Below, piece after piece: positions 1 through 13,248 of a DNA stretch of 44,247 bases. Numbering within the stretch: position 1 is the first letter of the stretch; each line of letters begins with the position of its first letter. The stretch covers positions 95,451,184 to 95,495,430 of the forward strand of contig NC_057719.1 in NCBI RefSeq assembly GCF_004010195.1. The letters run 5' to 3'. Made by a program: the position numbers and the translations under genes. Below the pieces are notes generated by a model. The model was not told the origin of the DNA and searched no databases. It saw only the letters and a list, made by a program, of their open reading frames with translations. The DNA comes from Chiloscyllium plagiosum. Lineage: Eukaryota.

Positions 1-321
1 GGTGGCCTGAACTTCTGTACAGCACACTAACCGTTTTTCTATAAATGTAAAATTACAAAAGTACAAACTTGTAACATTACAAAATCTCAACAGATTCTCT
101 AAAACACAAAATACATGAAAAGCATTGTGTATGGCCCATCGTCTTGTGTATGATCATCTTGTGATATATTTAAGAGGTTCATTGGGGAAAGACTTGGTAG
201 AGCAGGAGGCTGTTCTTGTGCGTGAGGTTATGATGGAGGGTACAACACTGAAACACTCAGTGTAAGAGAGTAACAAAAGCAATAGGGTTTGAAGGAGCAG
301 TTTGCGCCACGTATGTTATAA

Positions 322-3300
322 CAGCAGTACATGATTCAGACAGTGTTACAATCCGTGCCAAACACTGTTCCATTACGTGTCAGACAGTGTTACAGTACGT
401 GCGTCAGACAGTGCTATGGTACGTGTCAGACAGTGTTACTGTACGTGTCAGACAGTGTTACAGTACATGCGTCGGAAAGTGTTACAGTATGTGTCAAACA
501 CTGTTACAGAACATGTCAGACAGTGTTACAGTACGTGCTAGACAGTGTTACAGTACATGCATCAGGCAGTGTTACAATCCGTGACAAACACTGTTCCATT
601 ACGTGTCAGACAGTGTTACAGTACGTGTCAGACAGTGTTACAGTACATGCGTCAGACAGTGTTAGAGTACATGCGTCAGACAGTGTTACAGTACGTGTCA
701 GACAGTGTCACAGGACATGTCAGACAGTGTTACAGTACATGAGTCAGGCAGAGTTACAGTACGTGCGTCAGGCAGTGGTACTGTACTTTTTAGACAGTGT
801 TACAGTACATGCGTCAGGCAGTGTTACAGTATGTGTCAGACAGTGTTACAGTACATGCATCAGGCAGTGTTACAGTACATGCATCAGACAGTGTTACAGT
901 ATGTGTCAAACACTGTTACAGAACGTGTCAGACTGTGTTATAATGCATCAGGCATTGTTACAGTACATGTCAGACAGTGTTACGGTTCGTGCTAGAGCGT
1001 GTTACAGTACATGCGTCAGACAGTGTTACAGTACGTGTCAGACAGTGTTACAGTACATGTGTCAGACAATGTTAGAATACATGCGTCAGACAATGTTACA
1101 GTACGTGTCAGACAGTGTCACAGGACATGTCAGACAGTATTACAGTACATGAGTCAGGCAGTGTTACAGTACGTGTCAAACACTGTTTCAGTACGTGTCA
1201 GACAGTGTTACAGTACATGTGTCAGGCAGTTTTACAGTACGTGCATCAGACAATGTTACAGTACGTGTCAGAGAGTGTTACAGTACATGCGTCAGACAGT
1301 GTTACAGTATGTGTCAAACACTGTTACAGGACGTGTCAGACAGTGTTACAGTACACGTGTCAGGCAGTGTTACAGTACGTGGGTCAGACAGTGTTACAGT
1401 ACGTGTCAGACAGAAATACAGTACATGCATCAGGCAGTGTGTCTGGCTGTGTTACAGTGTCTGGCTGTGTTACAGTACATGTCAAACACTGTTACAGTAC
1501 GTGTCAAACACTGTTACAGGATGTGTCAGACAGTGTTACAGTACGTGCATCAGGTAGTGCTACAGTACGTTTCAGACACTGATACATTACATGCGTCAGG
1601 CAGTGTTACACTACGAGTCAGACAGTGTTACAGTACATGTCAGACACTGTTACTGTACGTGTCAGACGAGTTACAGTACATGTCAGACAGTGTTACAGTA
1701 CTTGTGTCTGGCAGTGTTACAATACATACGTCAGACAGTGTTACAGTACATGTCAGACAGTGTTACAGTACATGCGTCATACAGTGTTAAAGTACGTGTC
1801 AGACAGTGTTACAGTACATGCGTCAAGCAATGTTACAGTATGTGTCAGACAGTATTACAGTACATGCATCAGGCAGTGTTACAGTACATGCGTCAGGCAG
1901 TGTTACAGTATGTGTCAGACAGTGTTACAGTACATGCGTCAGACAGTGTTACAGTACATGTCAGACAGTGTTACAGTACGTGTCAGACAGTGTTACAGTA
2001 CATGCTAGACAGCATTACAGTACATGCGTCAGGCAGTGTTATAATCCGTGACAAACACTGTTCCATTACGTATCAGACAGTGTTACAGTACATGCATCAG
2101 ACAGTGTTACAGTATGTGTCAGACAGTGTTACAATACATGTCAGACAGTGTTACAGTACGTGTCAGACAGTGTCACAGGACATGTCAGACAGTGTCACAG
2201 GACATGTCAGACAGTATTACAGTACATGAGTCAGGCAGTGTTACAGTACGTGTCAAACACTGTTTCAGTACGTGTCAGATAGTGTTACAGTACATGTGTC
2301 AGGCAGTTTTACAGTACGTGCATCAGACAATGTTACAGTACGTGTCAGAGAGTGTTACAGTACATGCGTCAGAGAGTGTTACAGTACATGCGTCAGACAG
2401 TGTTACAGTACGTGTCAAACACTGTTACAGGACGTGTCAGACAGTGTTACAGTACACGTGTCAGGCAGTGTTACAGTACGTGGGTCAGACAGTGTTACAG
2501 TACGTGTCAGACAGAAATACAGTACATGCATCAGGCAGTGTTACATATGTGTCAGGCAGTGNNNNNNNNNNNNNNNNNNNNNNNNNNNNNNNNNNNNNNN
2601 NNNNNNNNNNNNNNNNNNNNNNNNNNNNNNNNNNNNNNNNNNNNNNNNNNNNNNNNNNNNNNNNNNNNNNNNNNNNNNNNNNNNNNNNNNNNNNNNNNNN
2701 NNNNNNNNNNNNNNNNNNNNNNNNNNNNNNNNNNNNNNNNNNNNNNNNNNNNNNNNNNNNNNNNNNNNNNNNNNNNNNNNNNNNNNNNNNNNNNNNNNNN
2801 NNNNNNNNNNNNNNNNNNNNNNNNNNNNNNNNNNNNNNNNNNNNNNNNNNNNNNNNNNNNNNNNNNNNNNNNNNNNNNNNNNNNNNNNNNNNNNNNNNNN
2901 NNNNNNNNNNNNNNNNNNNNNNNNNNNNNNNNNNNNNNNNNNNNNNNNNNNNNNNNNNNNNNNNNNNNNNNNNNNNNNNNNNNNNNNNNNNNNNNNNNNN
3001 NNNNNNNNNNNNNNNNNNNNNNNNNNNNNNNNNNNNNNNNNNNNNNNNNNNNNNNNNNNNNACAGTACATGTCAAACCCTATTACAGTAAGTGTCAGACA
3101 GTGTTACAGTACATGCGTCAGACAGTGTTACAGTACATGTCAGGCAGTGTTAGAGTACATGGGTCAGGCAGTGTTACAGTACATGGATCAGAAAGTGTTA
3201 CAATACATGAATCAGACAGTGTTACAGTACATCTCACACAGTGTTACAGTACGTGCGTCACGCAGTCTTTCAGTATGTTTCCGACAGTGTTACAGTACAT

Positions 3301-6300
3301 GTCAGACAGTGTTACAGTACATGCATTAGAGTGTTACAGTACGTGACAGACAGTGTAACAGTACATATCAGACAGTGTTGCAGTACATGTGTCAGGCAGT
3401 GTTTCAGTACATGCGTCAGGCAGTGATACAGTCCGTGTCAATCACTGTTACAGTACGTGTCTGACAGTGTTACAGTACATGCATCAGACAGTGTTACAGT
3501 ACGTGTCAGATACTGTGACAATGCATGCGTCAGGCAGTGTTAGAGTACATGCGTCAGGCTGTGTTACAATACGTGTGTCAGGCAGTGTTACAGGACGTGC
3601 CAGACAGTGTTACTGTATGTATCAAGCACTGTTACATTACGTGTCAGGCTGTGTTACAGTACATGCTTATTGCAGTGTTACAGTACATGTCAGACAGTGT
3701 TACAGTGCATGCATCAGAAAGTGTTACAGTATACGCATCAGACAGTGTTACAGTATGTGTCAAGCACTGTTACAGTACATATCAGACAGTGTTACAGTAC
3801 ACGTGTCAGGCAGTGTTAGAGTACATGCATCAGGCAGTGTTACAGTACATGTCAGACAGTGTTACCGTACGTGTGTCAGGCAGTGTTACGCTACATGCGT
3901 CAGGCAGTGTTACAGAACATGACAGACAGTGTTACAGTACATGCATCAAACAGTGTTACAGTACATGCGTCAGGCAGTGTTATAATACATGTCAGCCAAT
4001 GTTACAGTGCATGCATCAGACTGTGGTACAATACATGTCAGACAGTGTTACAGTACATACGTCAGGCAGTGTTATAGTACGTGTCAGACACTGTGACAAT
4101 GCCTGCGTCAGGCAGTGTTAGAGTACATGCGTCAGACTGTGTTACAATACATGTGTCAGGCAGTGTTACAGGACGTGTCAGACAGTGTTACAGTACATGC
4201 ATCAGTGTTACATTAGGTGTTGCAGTACGTGTCAGACAGTGTTACAGTACATACATCAGGCAGTGTTACAGTACGTGTCAGGCAGTGTTACAGTGCATGT
4301 GTCAGGCAGTGTTACAGTACGTGTCAGACTGCGTTATAGTACATGTCAGACAGTGTTACAGTACATGTGTCAGGCATTGTTACAGTCGGTGTCAGACAGT
4401 GTTACTGTACAAGTGTCATGCAGTGTTAAAATACTTGTCAAACCGTGTTACAGTAGATGCCTTAAGCAGTGTTACTGTACATGCCAGACAGTGTTACAGT
4501 ACATGCTTCAGGCAGTGTTACAGTATGTGTCAGGCAGTGTTACAGTACATGCGTCAAGCAGTGTTACATTACGTGTTAGACAGTGCTACAGTACATGCAT
4601 CAGACAGTGTTACAGTACATGCTTCAGGCAGTGTTACAGTACATGCTTCAGGCAGTATTACAGTATGTGTCAGGCAGTGTTATAGTACATGCGTCAGGCA
4701 GTGTTACAGTCCGTGTCAAATATTGTTACAGTACGTGTCAGACAGTGTTACAGTACATGTGTCAGACAGTGTTACATTACGTGTCAAGCACTGTTACAGT
4801 ATGTATCAGACAGTGTTACAGTACACATGTCAGGCAGTGTTACAGTACATGCGTCAGACAGTGTTACAGTGCATGCGTCAGACAGTGTTACATTACGTGT
4901 CAAGCACTGTTACAGTATGTATCAGACAGTGTTACAGTACACGTGTCCGGCAGTGTTAGACTACATGCGTCAGGCAGTGTTACAGTACATGTCAAACAGA
5001 GTTACAGTACGTGTCAAGCACTGTTACAGTACATATCAGACAGTGTTACAGTACACGTGTCAGGCAGTGTTAGACTACATGCGTCAGGCAGTGTTACAAT
5101 ACATTCGTCAGGCAGTGTTACAGTATGTGTCAGACAGAGTTACAGTACGTGTCAAGCACTATTACAGTACGTATCAGACAGTGTTACAGTACATGTTTCA
5201 AGCAGTGTTACAGTATATGCGTCAGGCTGTGTTACAGTGTGTGCCAGGCAATGTTACAGTACATGCTTCAGGCAGTGTTACAGTATGTGTCAGGCAGTGT
5301 TACAGTGCATGCGTCAGGCAGTGTTACAGTACGTGTCAGACTGCGTTATAGTGCATATCAGACAGTGTTACAGTGCATATCAGACAGTGTTACTGCACGT
5401 GTCAGGCAGTGTTACAGTACATGCGTCAGGCAGTGTTACAGTAGGTGTCAGACAGTGTTACTGTACAAGCGTCAGGCAGTGTTAAAATACATGTCAAACA
5501 GAGTTACAGCACATGCGTCAGGCCGTGTTACAGTACGTGTCAGACTGTGTTACAGTACGTGTCAGACAGTGTTACAGTACATGCGTCAGGCAGTGTTACA
5601 GTCCGTGTCAAATATTGTTACCGTACGTGTCAGACAGTGTTAGATTACGTGTCCGACAGTGTTAAAGTACATGCGTCAGACAGTGTTACAGTACATGTCA
5701 GATGGTGTTACAGTACATGCATCAGACAGTGTTACAGTACCTGCATCAGTCAATGTTACAGTACATGTCAGACAGTGTTACAGTACTCATGTCAGGCAGT
5801 GTTACAGTACATGCATCAGAGAGTGTTACATTACTTTTCAGACAGTGTTACAGTACGTGTCAGACAGTGTTACAGTACATGCGTCAGGCAGTGTTACAGT
5901 GTGTGTCAGACTGTGTTACAGTACATGTGTCAGACAGTGTTACAGTGCATGCGTCAGGCAATATTACAGTACATGACAGACTGTGTTACTTTACATGCGT
6001 CAGGCAGTGTTACAGTACATGTCAACCACTGTTACTGTACGTGTCAGACAGTGTTACAGTACTTGTAAGACAATATTACAGCATATGCGTCAGGCAGCGT
6101 TACAATACGAAGTCAGACAGTTTTACAGTCTGTGTCAAACACTGCTTCATTACATGTCAGACAGTGTTACAGTACATGCATCATGCAGGGTTACAGTATA
6201 TGTGACAGGCAGTGTTACAGTTCATGTCAAACTCTGTTACAGTACATGTCAGACAGTGTTACAGTACATTTCAGACAGTGTTACAGTACATGCATCAGAC

Positions 6301-7062
6301 AGTGTTTCACTATGTGTCAGTGTTACAGTACGTGTAAGACTGTGTTACAGTACATGCGTCAGGCAGTGTTACAGTATGTGTCAAACACTGTTACAGTACC
6401 TGTCAGACCATGTTACACTACATGTGTCAGGCAGTGTTACTGTACATGTCAGACAGTGTTACAGTACATGCGTCAGGCAGTGTTACAGTACGTGTCAGAC
6501 ACTGTTACAGTACGTGTCAGACAGAGTTACAGTACACGTATCAGGCAGTGTTACAGTACGTGTCAGACAGAGTTACAGTACACGTGTCAGGCAGTGTTAC
6601 AGTACATGAGTCAGGCAGTGTTACAGTACATGCGTCAGGCAGTGTTACAGTAAATGCCAGACAGTGTTACAGTACGTGTCAGACAGTGTTAAAGTACATG
6701 CATCAGACAGTGTTACAGCATGTGTCAGACCATGTTACAATACATGTCAAACACTGTTACAGTACATGTCAGACAGTGTTACAGTACGTGTCAGACAGAG
6801 TTACTGTACACATGTCAGGCAGTGTTACAGTACATGCGTCAGACAGTGTTACAGTACGTGTCAGACACTGTTACAGTACGTGCCAGACAGAGTTACAGTA
6901 CACATGTCAGGCAGTGTCACAGTACATGCGTCAGACAGTGTTACAGTACATGCGTCAGGCAGTATTACAGTAAATGTGTCAGGTACTGTTACTGTACGTG
7001 TCAAACACTGTTACAGTACATGTCAGACAGTGTTACATTACATGCGTCAGGCAGTGTTACAA
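322..7062. repeat. Minisatellite/satellite array of mixed 22- and 24-bp units (consensus GTCAGACAGTGTTACAGTAC[AT/GT/ATGC])
   Basis: Hundreds of tandem variants of gtcagacagtgttacagtacatgc / gtcaggcagtgttacagtacgt are directly visible. The + strand ORFs only repeat RQCYSTC, QTVLQYM and SDSVTVH. Confidence 0.97.
2562..3061. other. Assembly gap (500 N) inside the satellite
   Basis: Run of N. Confidence 1.
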
Positions 7063-7514
7063 GGTCATATCTGAGTACAAAGCTGAATGAAACAACATAA
7101 TTAATTTTGATATCAGGTAAACTAGAGGGCATCCATTGACCCTGAATAACTTTTCTAAATAGTATAAGATCCATGTAACATTTGCAAAAATATTTGTTGA
7201 TTTTAGTCAATAAAGTAAATTTTAATTATGATTGTCAAATAGTTTAATCTCACCTTTTCGTACAAAATGTACCAATCCTTTAAAAATCAAAACAAACTAC
7301 CAACCACTTCTTAAGGGAATTCAATATATGAAACAGTGACAGTTCCAGTGCTGCTGCTGTGATTGTCACGGATTTCTAGCCGACAATGAATAAAATTATG
7401 TGCAGTGAAGTTGCACATTTAACAGCTTTTTATGTCTGGAGTGCAGCTTCATGGACTCATGAAGTCAGTCTCTTTGCTGACTTCTTACATTCCAGTGTCA
7501 GTAAATGTCAGGTC

Positions 7515-8230
7515 ATCCGAAACTGTGTTGTGTACATCCTTAATCATGCCAAGCCACATTCACTTTTCAGATCTGTGCTCACTGATCTACACAAACCGTG
7601 TCTCCAATTTAAAATGTTCATCATTGTGTTCTATCTCTCAATGGCCTCTGTCCTTAACATCTCTGTAATATTTGCCAGCCCCACAACCATTGCTTTTGCT
7701 CTGGCCTCTTGAGCATTACTGCAGTTAATCACCCCAACATTGGCTGCCAAGCTTTAGATTAGATTCCCTACAGTGTGGAAACAGGCCCTTCAGCCCAACA
7801 AGTCCACTCCGACCCTCCGAAGAGTAACCTACCCAGACCCATTTCCCTCTGACTAATGCACCTAACTCTACGGGCAATTTAGCATAGCCAATTCACCCTG
7901 ACCTGCACATCTTTGGACTGTGGGATGAAACCACAGCAGCCAGAGGAATCCCACACAGACACCAGGAGAATGTGCAAACTTCACGCAGACAGTGGCCCGA
8001 GGCTGGAATCGAACCTGGGTCCATGTGAGGCAGCAGTGCTAACCACTGAGCCACCATGCTGCCCTTTTTGACTATCATCACCGTTCTCTCTAGAATTCAC
8101 TGCTTAAACCTCTCCACCTCTCCTTCTGCTTCCTAAAGACTCCCTGACCAAGCTTTTGATTCTCTGCACTTATATCCTCTTATCTGGCTCGCTGTCAAAT
8201 TTTGCTTTTGAGTTCTCTGGTAAGGTGTCC
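7515..8230 (+). mobile_element. Decayed L2-like LINE 3' end, split by a SINE
   Basis: ctgtgctcactgatctacac...tttaaaatgttcatc and, after the SINE, ctctagaattcactgcttaaacctctcc...gaccaagcttttg resemble recalled L2 ORF2 end and 3' tail. Confidence 0.5.
7754..8063 (-). mobile_element. tRNA-derived V-SINE (HE1-like), full length
   Basis: The reverse complement has a tRNA-like head (TGGCTCAGTGGTTAGCAC; GGTTCGATTCC), a V-domain (GTTTGCACATTCTCC...TCCCACAGTCCAAAGATGTGC) and an (AATCT)n tail. Confidence 0.9.
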
Positions 8231-9109
8231 TATGACATTACATTGATATAAGTGGGTCATGTTGTGGTGCGAATGATCAAAGTTCCTTTACTTTGAATGT
8301 AAAAAGGCAGGCACATCCAACCAAAGTATTAGAATTGCAAATTGTTTAGTAGAGCAAGCTTATAATTATTCTCTGACTGTCAGCAAAAACTTAACTATTT
8401 TGACCAATTAATGAAAGCCATGTTATATTTTCAGAGCATACTGAACTGTATGCATAGTTTTCCTTTTAGAAAGTACAGCTGTAAACAGTCATCATATTAA
8501 TTGTTGTTCTGTGTGAGGCTGAGGTTTAACATTTTTACACAATACTTTGAAATCATGCTCCAAGCCAATTCTGGTTTCCAATATCATGATAGATTGTGAG
8601 AAGCTGCCACGTTTGGTAGGGAACCAATTCAGTGAGGAAATGAATATGAGTGATGGTGATTGGTAAGTTTCAAGATGATTGACAGTTAGTTGTCAGTAAG
8701 AAAGAAGTTATTGACCTTAACTTCTCAATGAGTAGTTGACATGTAGACATGTAGAACTGGCTTCTGGCAAAAACAGTAGCATGTCAATTACATATGCAGT
8801 GTCAGAAAGGGGAGGTATTGGCAATGACATTCTCTCCAATATAACATAATTCTGGCACTTCTGAGACAATGGATAAGGTTAATATTTTAAGCATGTACTG
8901 CAGCAATAGGTTAATGTTCTGCTGTTTCACGTGATGGAGGATTTAGGAGGGAAGCCAGGAGGTGTTTCACATCATGTAACCTTTTTGGAGATTTAAACAT
9001 TACTTTGTTGCTTCTGAGGAAATGAAAAATTTTCTTGAGGATCTTCAATCAAGCATTGTTTGTGAATGACCTGGATTAATTTGCTGAAATTATTTTTCCT
9101 GACCAATAT

Positions 9110-10048
9110 ATGATGTGAGCATAAGAGGTGTAGTTAGTACTTTTGCAGATGACACCAAAATTGGAGGTGTAGTGGACAGCGAAGAGGGTTACCTCAGATT
9201 ACAACGGGATCTGGACCAGATGGGCCAATGGGCTGAGAAGTGGCAGATGGAGTTTCATTTAGATAAATGTGAGCTGCTGCATTTTGGGAAAGCAAATCTT
9301 AGCAGGACTTATATACTTAATGGTAAGGTCCTAGCGACTGTTGCTGAATAAAGAGACCTTGGAATGCAGGTTCATAGCTCCTTGAAAGTGGAGTTGCAGG
9401 TAAATAGGATAGTGAAGAAGGTATGCTTTCCTTTATTGGTCAGAGTATTGAGTAGGTGTTAGGAGGTCATGTTGAGGCTGTACAGGACATTGGTTAGGCC
9501 ACTGTTGGAATATTGCATGCAATTCTGGTCTCCTTCCTATTGGAAAGATGTTGTGAAACTTGAAAGGGTTCAGAAAAGATTTACAAGGATGTTGCCAGGG
9601 TTGGAGGATTTGAGCTATAGGGAGAGGCTGAACAGGCTGGGGCTGTTTTCCCTGGAGCGTCGGAGGCTGAGAGGTGATCTCATAGAGGTTTATAAAACAT
9701 GAGGGGAATGGATACGATAAATAGACAAAGTATTTTCCCTAGGGTGGGGGGGTCCAGAACTAGAGGGCATAGGTTTAGGGTGAGAGGGGAAAGATATAAA
9801 AGAGATCTAAGGGGCATCTTTTTCACGCAGAGAGTGGTACATGTATGGAATGAGCTGCCAGAGGAAGTGGTGGAAGCTGGTACAATTGCAACATTTAAAA
9901 GGCATCTGGATGGGTATGTGAATAGGAAGGGTTTGGAGGGATATGGGCCGGGTGCTGGCAGGTGAGACTAGATTGGGTTGGGATATCTGGTCGGCATGGA
10001 CGGGTTGGACGAAAGGGTCTGTTTCCATGCTGTACATCTCTATGACTC
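9110..10048 (+). mobile_element. CR1 LINE, 5'-truncated (RT C-terminus and 3' UTR), with stops and frameshifts
   Basis: FADDTKIGG, LQRDLD..W..KWQMEF, LYRTLVRPLLEYC, LERVQKRFTRM, RRLRGDLIEVYK, RTRGH, FFTQRVV..WN.LP; tail ends ctctatgactct. Confidence 0.95.
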
Positions 10049-10639
10049 TTTACTCCAAGTTTGCCAAAATAAATCTGATGGATGGAATATTCCCCATGAG
10101 AGATGACAAGACAGTTGGAAAAATACAGAGGGAATGAAAAAAAATCAAAATCTTAATGTCAAGATTTTTAAATAATTTTCTCCTGAGCTCTAGATGGTTC
10201 TTTTCAGAATCCTACCATTGACTAGCACCAACGTCTTCCCATGCATTTGCATCTTACTAAAATCCCAACTCACCTCATTCCTATACCATTTCCAAGTCTC
10301 CTCTCCTTCACCAAGAGACTAGATTCTCAACATTAAGTCAGAGCAGATACCCGGCAGTTACCTGGCAGTGGCAGTTCGGCTAATGTTTGCTCCAGTTATC
10401 ATCCAACTCTTTTTCCACAAAGTCTCTGCCTTCTCCATGGACTTTTTATCCACACAATTCTGCGTCAGCCAACCACCAGACTCATCGCATTGTCACGTCT
10501 AGGCTTTGGCCAAGGAAGGATTTACTTCAGTCCTTCAGCACTTTCCTTTTGTAGTGGAATGTAGCTTCCACCTGCATGTTTCTGACACAGGTTTGCACAC
10601 AGAAACAGCTGCACATCTCATGTTTGCAAAGAATGCAAC

Positions 10640-10925
10640 TCCCATAGTGCATCTCCTCACATTTGTCTGGATTAAACTCCATCTGCCATTTCTCCGCCCA
10701 AGTCTCCAGTCTATCTATATTCTACAATCTGGCAATCCTCCTCACTATCCACAACTACCCCAACCTTTGTGTCATCTGCAAACTCACTAATCAAGCCAGC
10801 TACATTCTCCTCCCAATCATTAATGTATATTATAAACAACAGGGGTCCCAGCACTGGTCACAGATCTCCAACCTGAAAAACAACCTTCCACCATACTCTC
10901 TGTCATCTATGATCAGTTCTAGATC
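10640..10925 (-). mobile_element. Decayed CR1 RT fragment
   Basis: ctttgtgtcatctgcaaactcactaat reads ISEFADDTK on the minus strand; ggggtcccagcactg corresponds to the SVLGP motif. Confidence 0.7.
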
Positions 10926-11589
10926 ACCTTACCAGCTTACAGGGTATCCATGTAACTTCAGGAAGGATTCTGTAAGTAGATGGACATATCCCATGAGTGT
11001 TCATGGAGGCTAGTACATGTCCATTGGTAATCTCAATAGAAGTGGGGAGTGTGTGCTCAGTCCCCATGGGGCATTCTCTGAGATGTTGGTGCCTGGTGTC
11101 CAATTTGAAGGACTTTTGGAGCAAACAGAAGATTGTACCTGCTCTGGTTTCCATGCCAGGTTTTCCTGATGGTGACTTTGCTAATAATCAGATATTTGGT
11201 GAGTTGGACTGGTTAGGCTGTATAAACAAGCAACACAGTGAGTGAATTGGGAGTTCACTGCTCTTTAGTGTGAATCTTGCCACACTCTTGAGTAACATGA
11301 GAAGGTTGCAGTAAGAGGATCTCAACATCTTACCTGATTTTATCACCCATCTCTCTATGGCTCACATCACTCAGAGCTTCATAAGATTTGGCCCAAAGAT
11401 ACAATTTTAGTAGAAAATAATGCAACTCCAAAATAACATGTTTCTACATGAGGAAGATGTTGGGGTCAATTTGTTTGCATCTGGGATATTTCGTAATGTC
11501 GTATTTCACAAAGGTCTGATCAACTTCCATAGTGAGGCCACAATTAAAGTCATTTGTGCTGATGACCTACTCCCATAAGAGACAATTTA

Positions 11590-11810
11590 ACCATCACTCC
11601 TTGGTATTCATGGTATTATCATTGCTGAATTCCCTATAATTGTTGCCCTGGGTTTCACAACTGATAAGAAATGGAACTGGAGTAGATATGTAAATATTGG
11701 GGCGACGCAAGGTGATGAAAACCAGAAATACTGGAGTGAGTAATTTGCCTCCCAACTCTCTGAGCAAGGTACAAGTCAAGAGTATGGTAGAATACTCTCT
11801 GTTTGAATGA
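11590..11810 (+). mobile_element. Old non-LTR LINE RT 3' fragment, left half (split by the PLE)
   Basis: Continues after the PLE at 14930 (acaacactcaagaagctc...catccaggacaaagcagc); similar to the minus-strand copy at 39050-39340. Confidence 0.6.
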
Positions 11811-11998
11811 TTTGGAGATGCCGGTGGATGCAGGGTTACATTTGCTCAAAAACTGAATGCATTCATGTAAAACTCCATTATCTCACTTTTTAGATTAGAA
11901 TCAATGGCATAGACAGGGAACACAGGGGGCTAACACCTTCAACATATTGTCTAGCTATCACCATTGTTAACAGCTAACCCGAGAATGCAACTTTTAAA

Positions 11999-13248
11999 CA
12001 GCAGGCGCCACAACCTTGAAATTCAGATGGAGTCCACACTCACAGCCTGCACACAGGATACATCAGTACAATTACGTGACATTGCCAAACAGACAAGGCA
12101 ACAAAACTACAGCACGTACATGCACGCCAAGAACAAAAAACTGGAGAAGCTTGGCATTCTCACCAGTAATAGCAAAGCCCGCCCTGGAACCACTGTAGAC
12201 AACATTATCACTGCGGGGGAGTCTATTGTCAACTTATCGGACCACACCCTTCAACCAGAAGAGATTGAAGTCCTGAGTAGGGGTCTCAACTTCTGCCCCA
12301 CCACCAAAATGGACCCGTTGGTTCTGGCAGCAGACACAGAGAAGTTCATCAGACGAATGAGATTCCAGGAATTCTTTCAAGGTGCCGGCAGTGATCCCAC
12401 TGAGCCCACTGATGAACTAGAACAGTCATCACAGGGATCTGTAGAGGAGCGACCAAAGAACATGTCAACATGGACCCCACCAGAGGGCCGCTGCCCTGGG
12501 CTTGACATGTATGCTCAAACTGTCAGGAAATATATAAATGCCAGATTCATCAGCCATACCCACAAGGTAGAGCAAAACATCACTCGTTCACAGCGCAATG
12601 CCATCCAGGCTCTCAAAACCAATCACAACATTGTCATCAAACCAGCAGATAAAGGAGGAGTCATTGTCATTCAGAATAGAACAGATTACTGCAAGGAAGT
12701 GTACCGACAACTGAACAACCAGGAACACTACAGGCAACTACCAGCTGATCCGACCAAAGAACACACCCGAGAATTAACACACTGCTCAGAACTTTGGATC
12801 CAGTCCTTCAGAGTTCCCTACGCTCCCTCATCCCACGTACTTCTCATGTAGGCGACTTCTACTGCCTTCCAAAGGTACACAAAGCCAACACACTGGGACG
12901 GCCCATCGTGTCGGGCAATGGGACCCTGTGTGAGAATCTCTCTGGCTATGTGGAAGGCATCTTGAAACCTATTGTACAGGGGATCCCCAGCTTCTGTCGC
13001 GACACTATGGATTTCTTACAGAAACTCAGCACCCACGGACCAGTCGAACCGGGAACATTCCTCATCACAATGAACGTTTCCGTACTCTACACCAGTATCC
13101 CCCACAATGATGGCATTGCGGCAACAGCCTCAGTACTCAACACCAACAACTGCTAATCTCCAAACACCACCTACAACTCATCCGCTTTATCCTCGATCAT
13201 AACGTCTTCACCTTTGAGAACAAATTCTTCATCCAGACACACGGAACA
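11999..13248 (+). pseudogene. PLE reverse transcriptase ORF, disrupted (frameshift near 12780, stop at 13154-13156), running into the gap
   Basis: ORFs 11964-12851 and 12794-13156 carry consecutive PLE RT motifs; ILDHNVFTFENKFFIQTHGT continues after the stop. Confidence 0.88.

Noticed and set aside
322..7062. CRISPR array
   Set aside because: Units are contiguous with no unique spacers, there are no cas genes, and the context is vertebrate
322..7062. Arrays of p53, MEIS/TGIF or DMRT binding sites (ACATGT, TGTCA, ACAATGTTAC)
   Set aside because: Matches are short or imperfect and expected by chance in any tandem unit; there is no independent support
331..7100. Long Cys-rich ORFs as a protein-coding gene
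   Set aside because: They overlap in all three frames and simply translate the stop-free satellite; no frame is preserved
10932..11217. Minus-strand exon with a good donor (CTG|GTAAGG)
   Set aside because: All three frames from the nearest plausible acceptor contain stops
11964..11998. Start of the 295-aa ORF as the true PLE start
   Set aside because: These codons lie in the duplicated terminal-repeat piece and are in frame with the truncated ORF by chance
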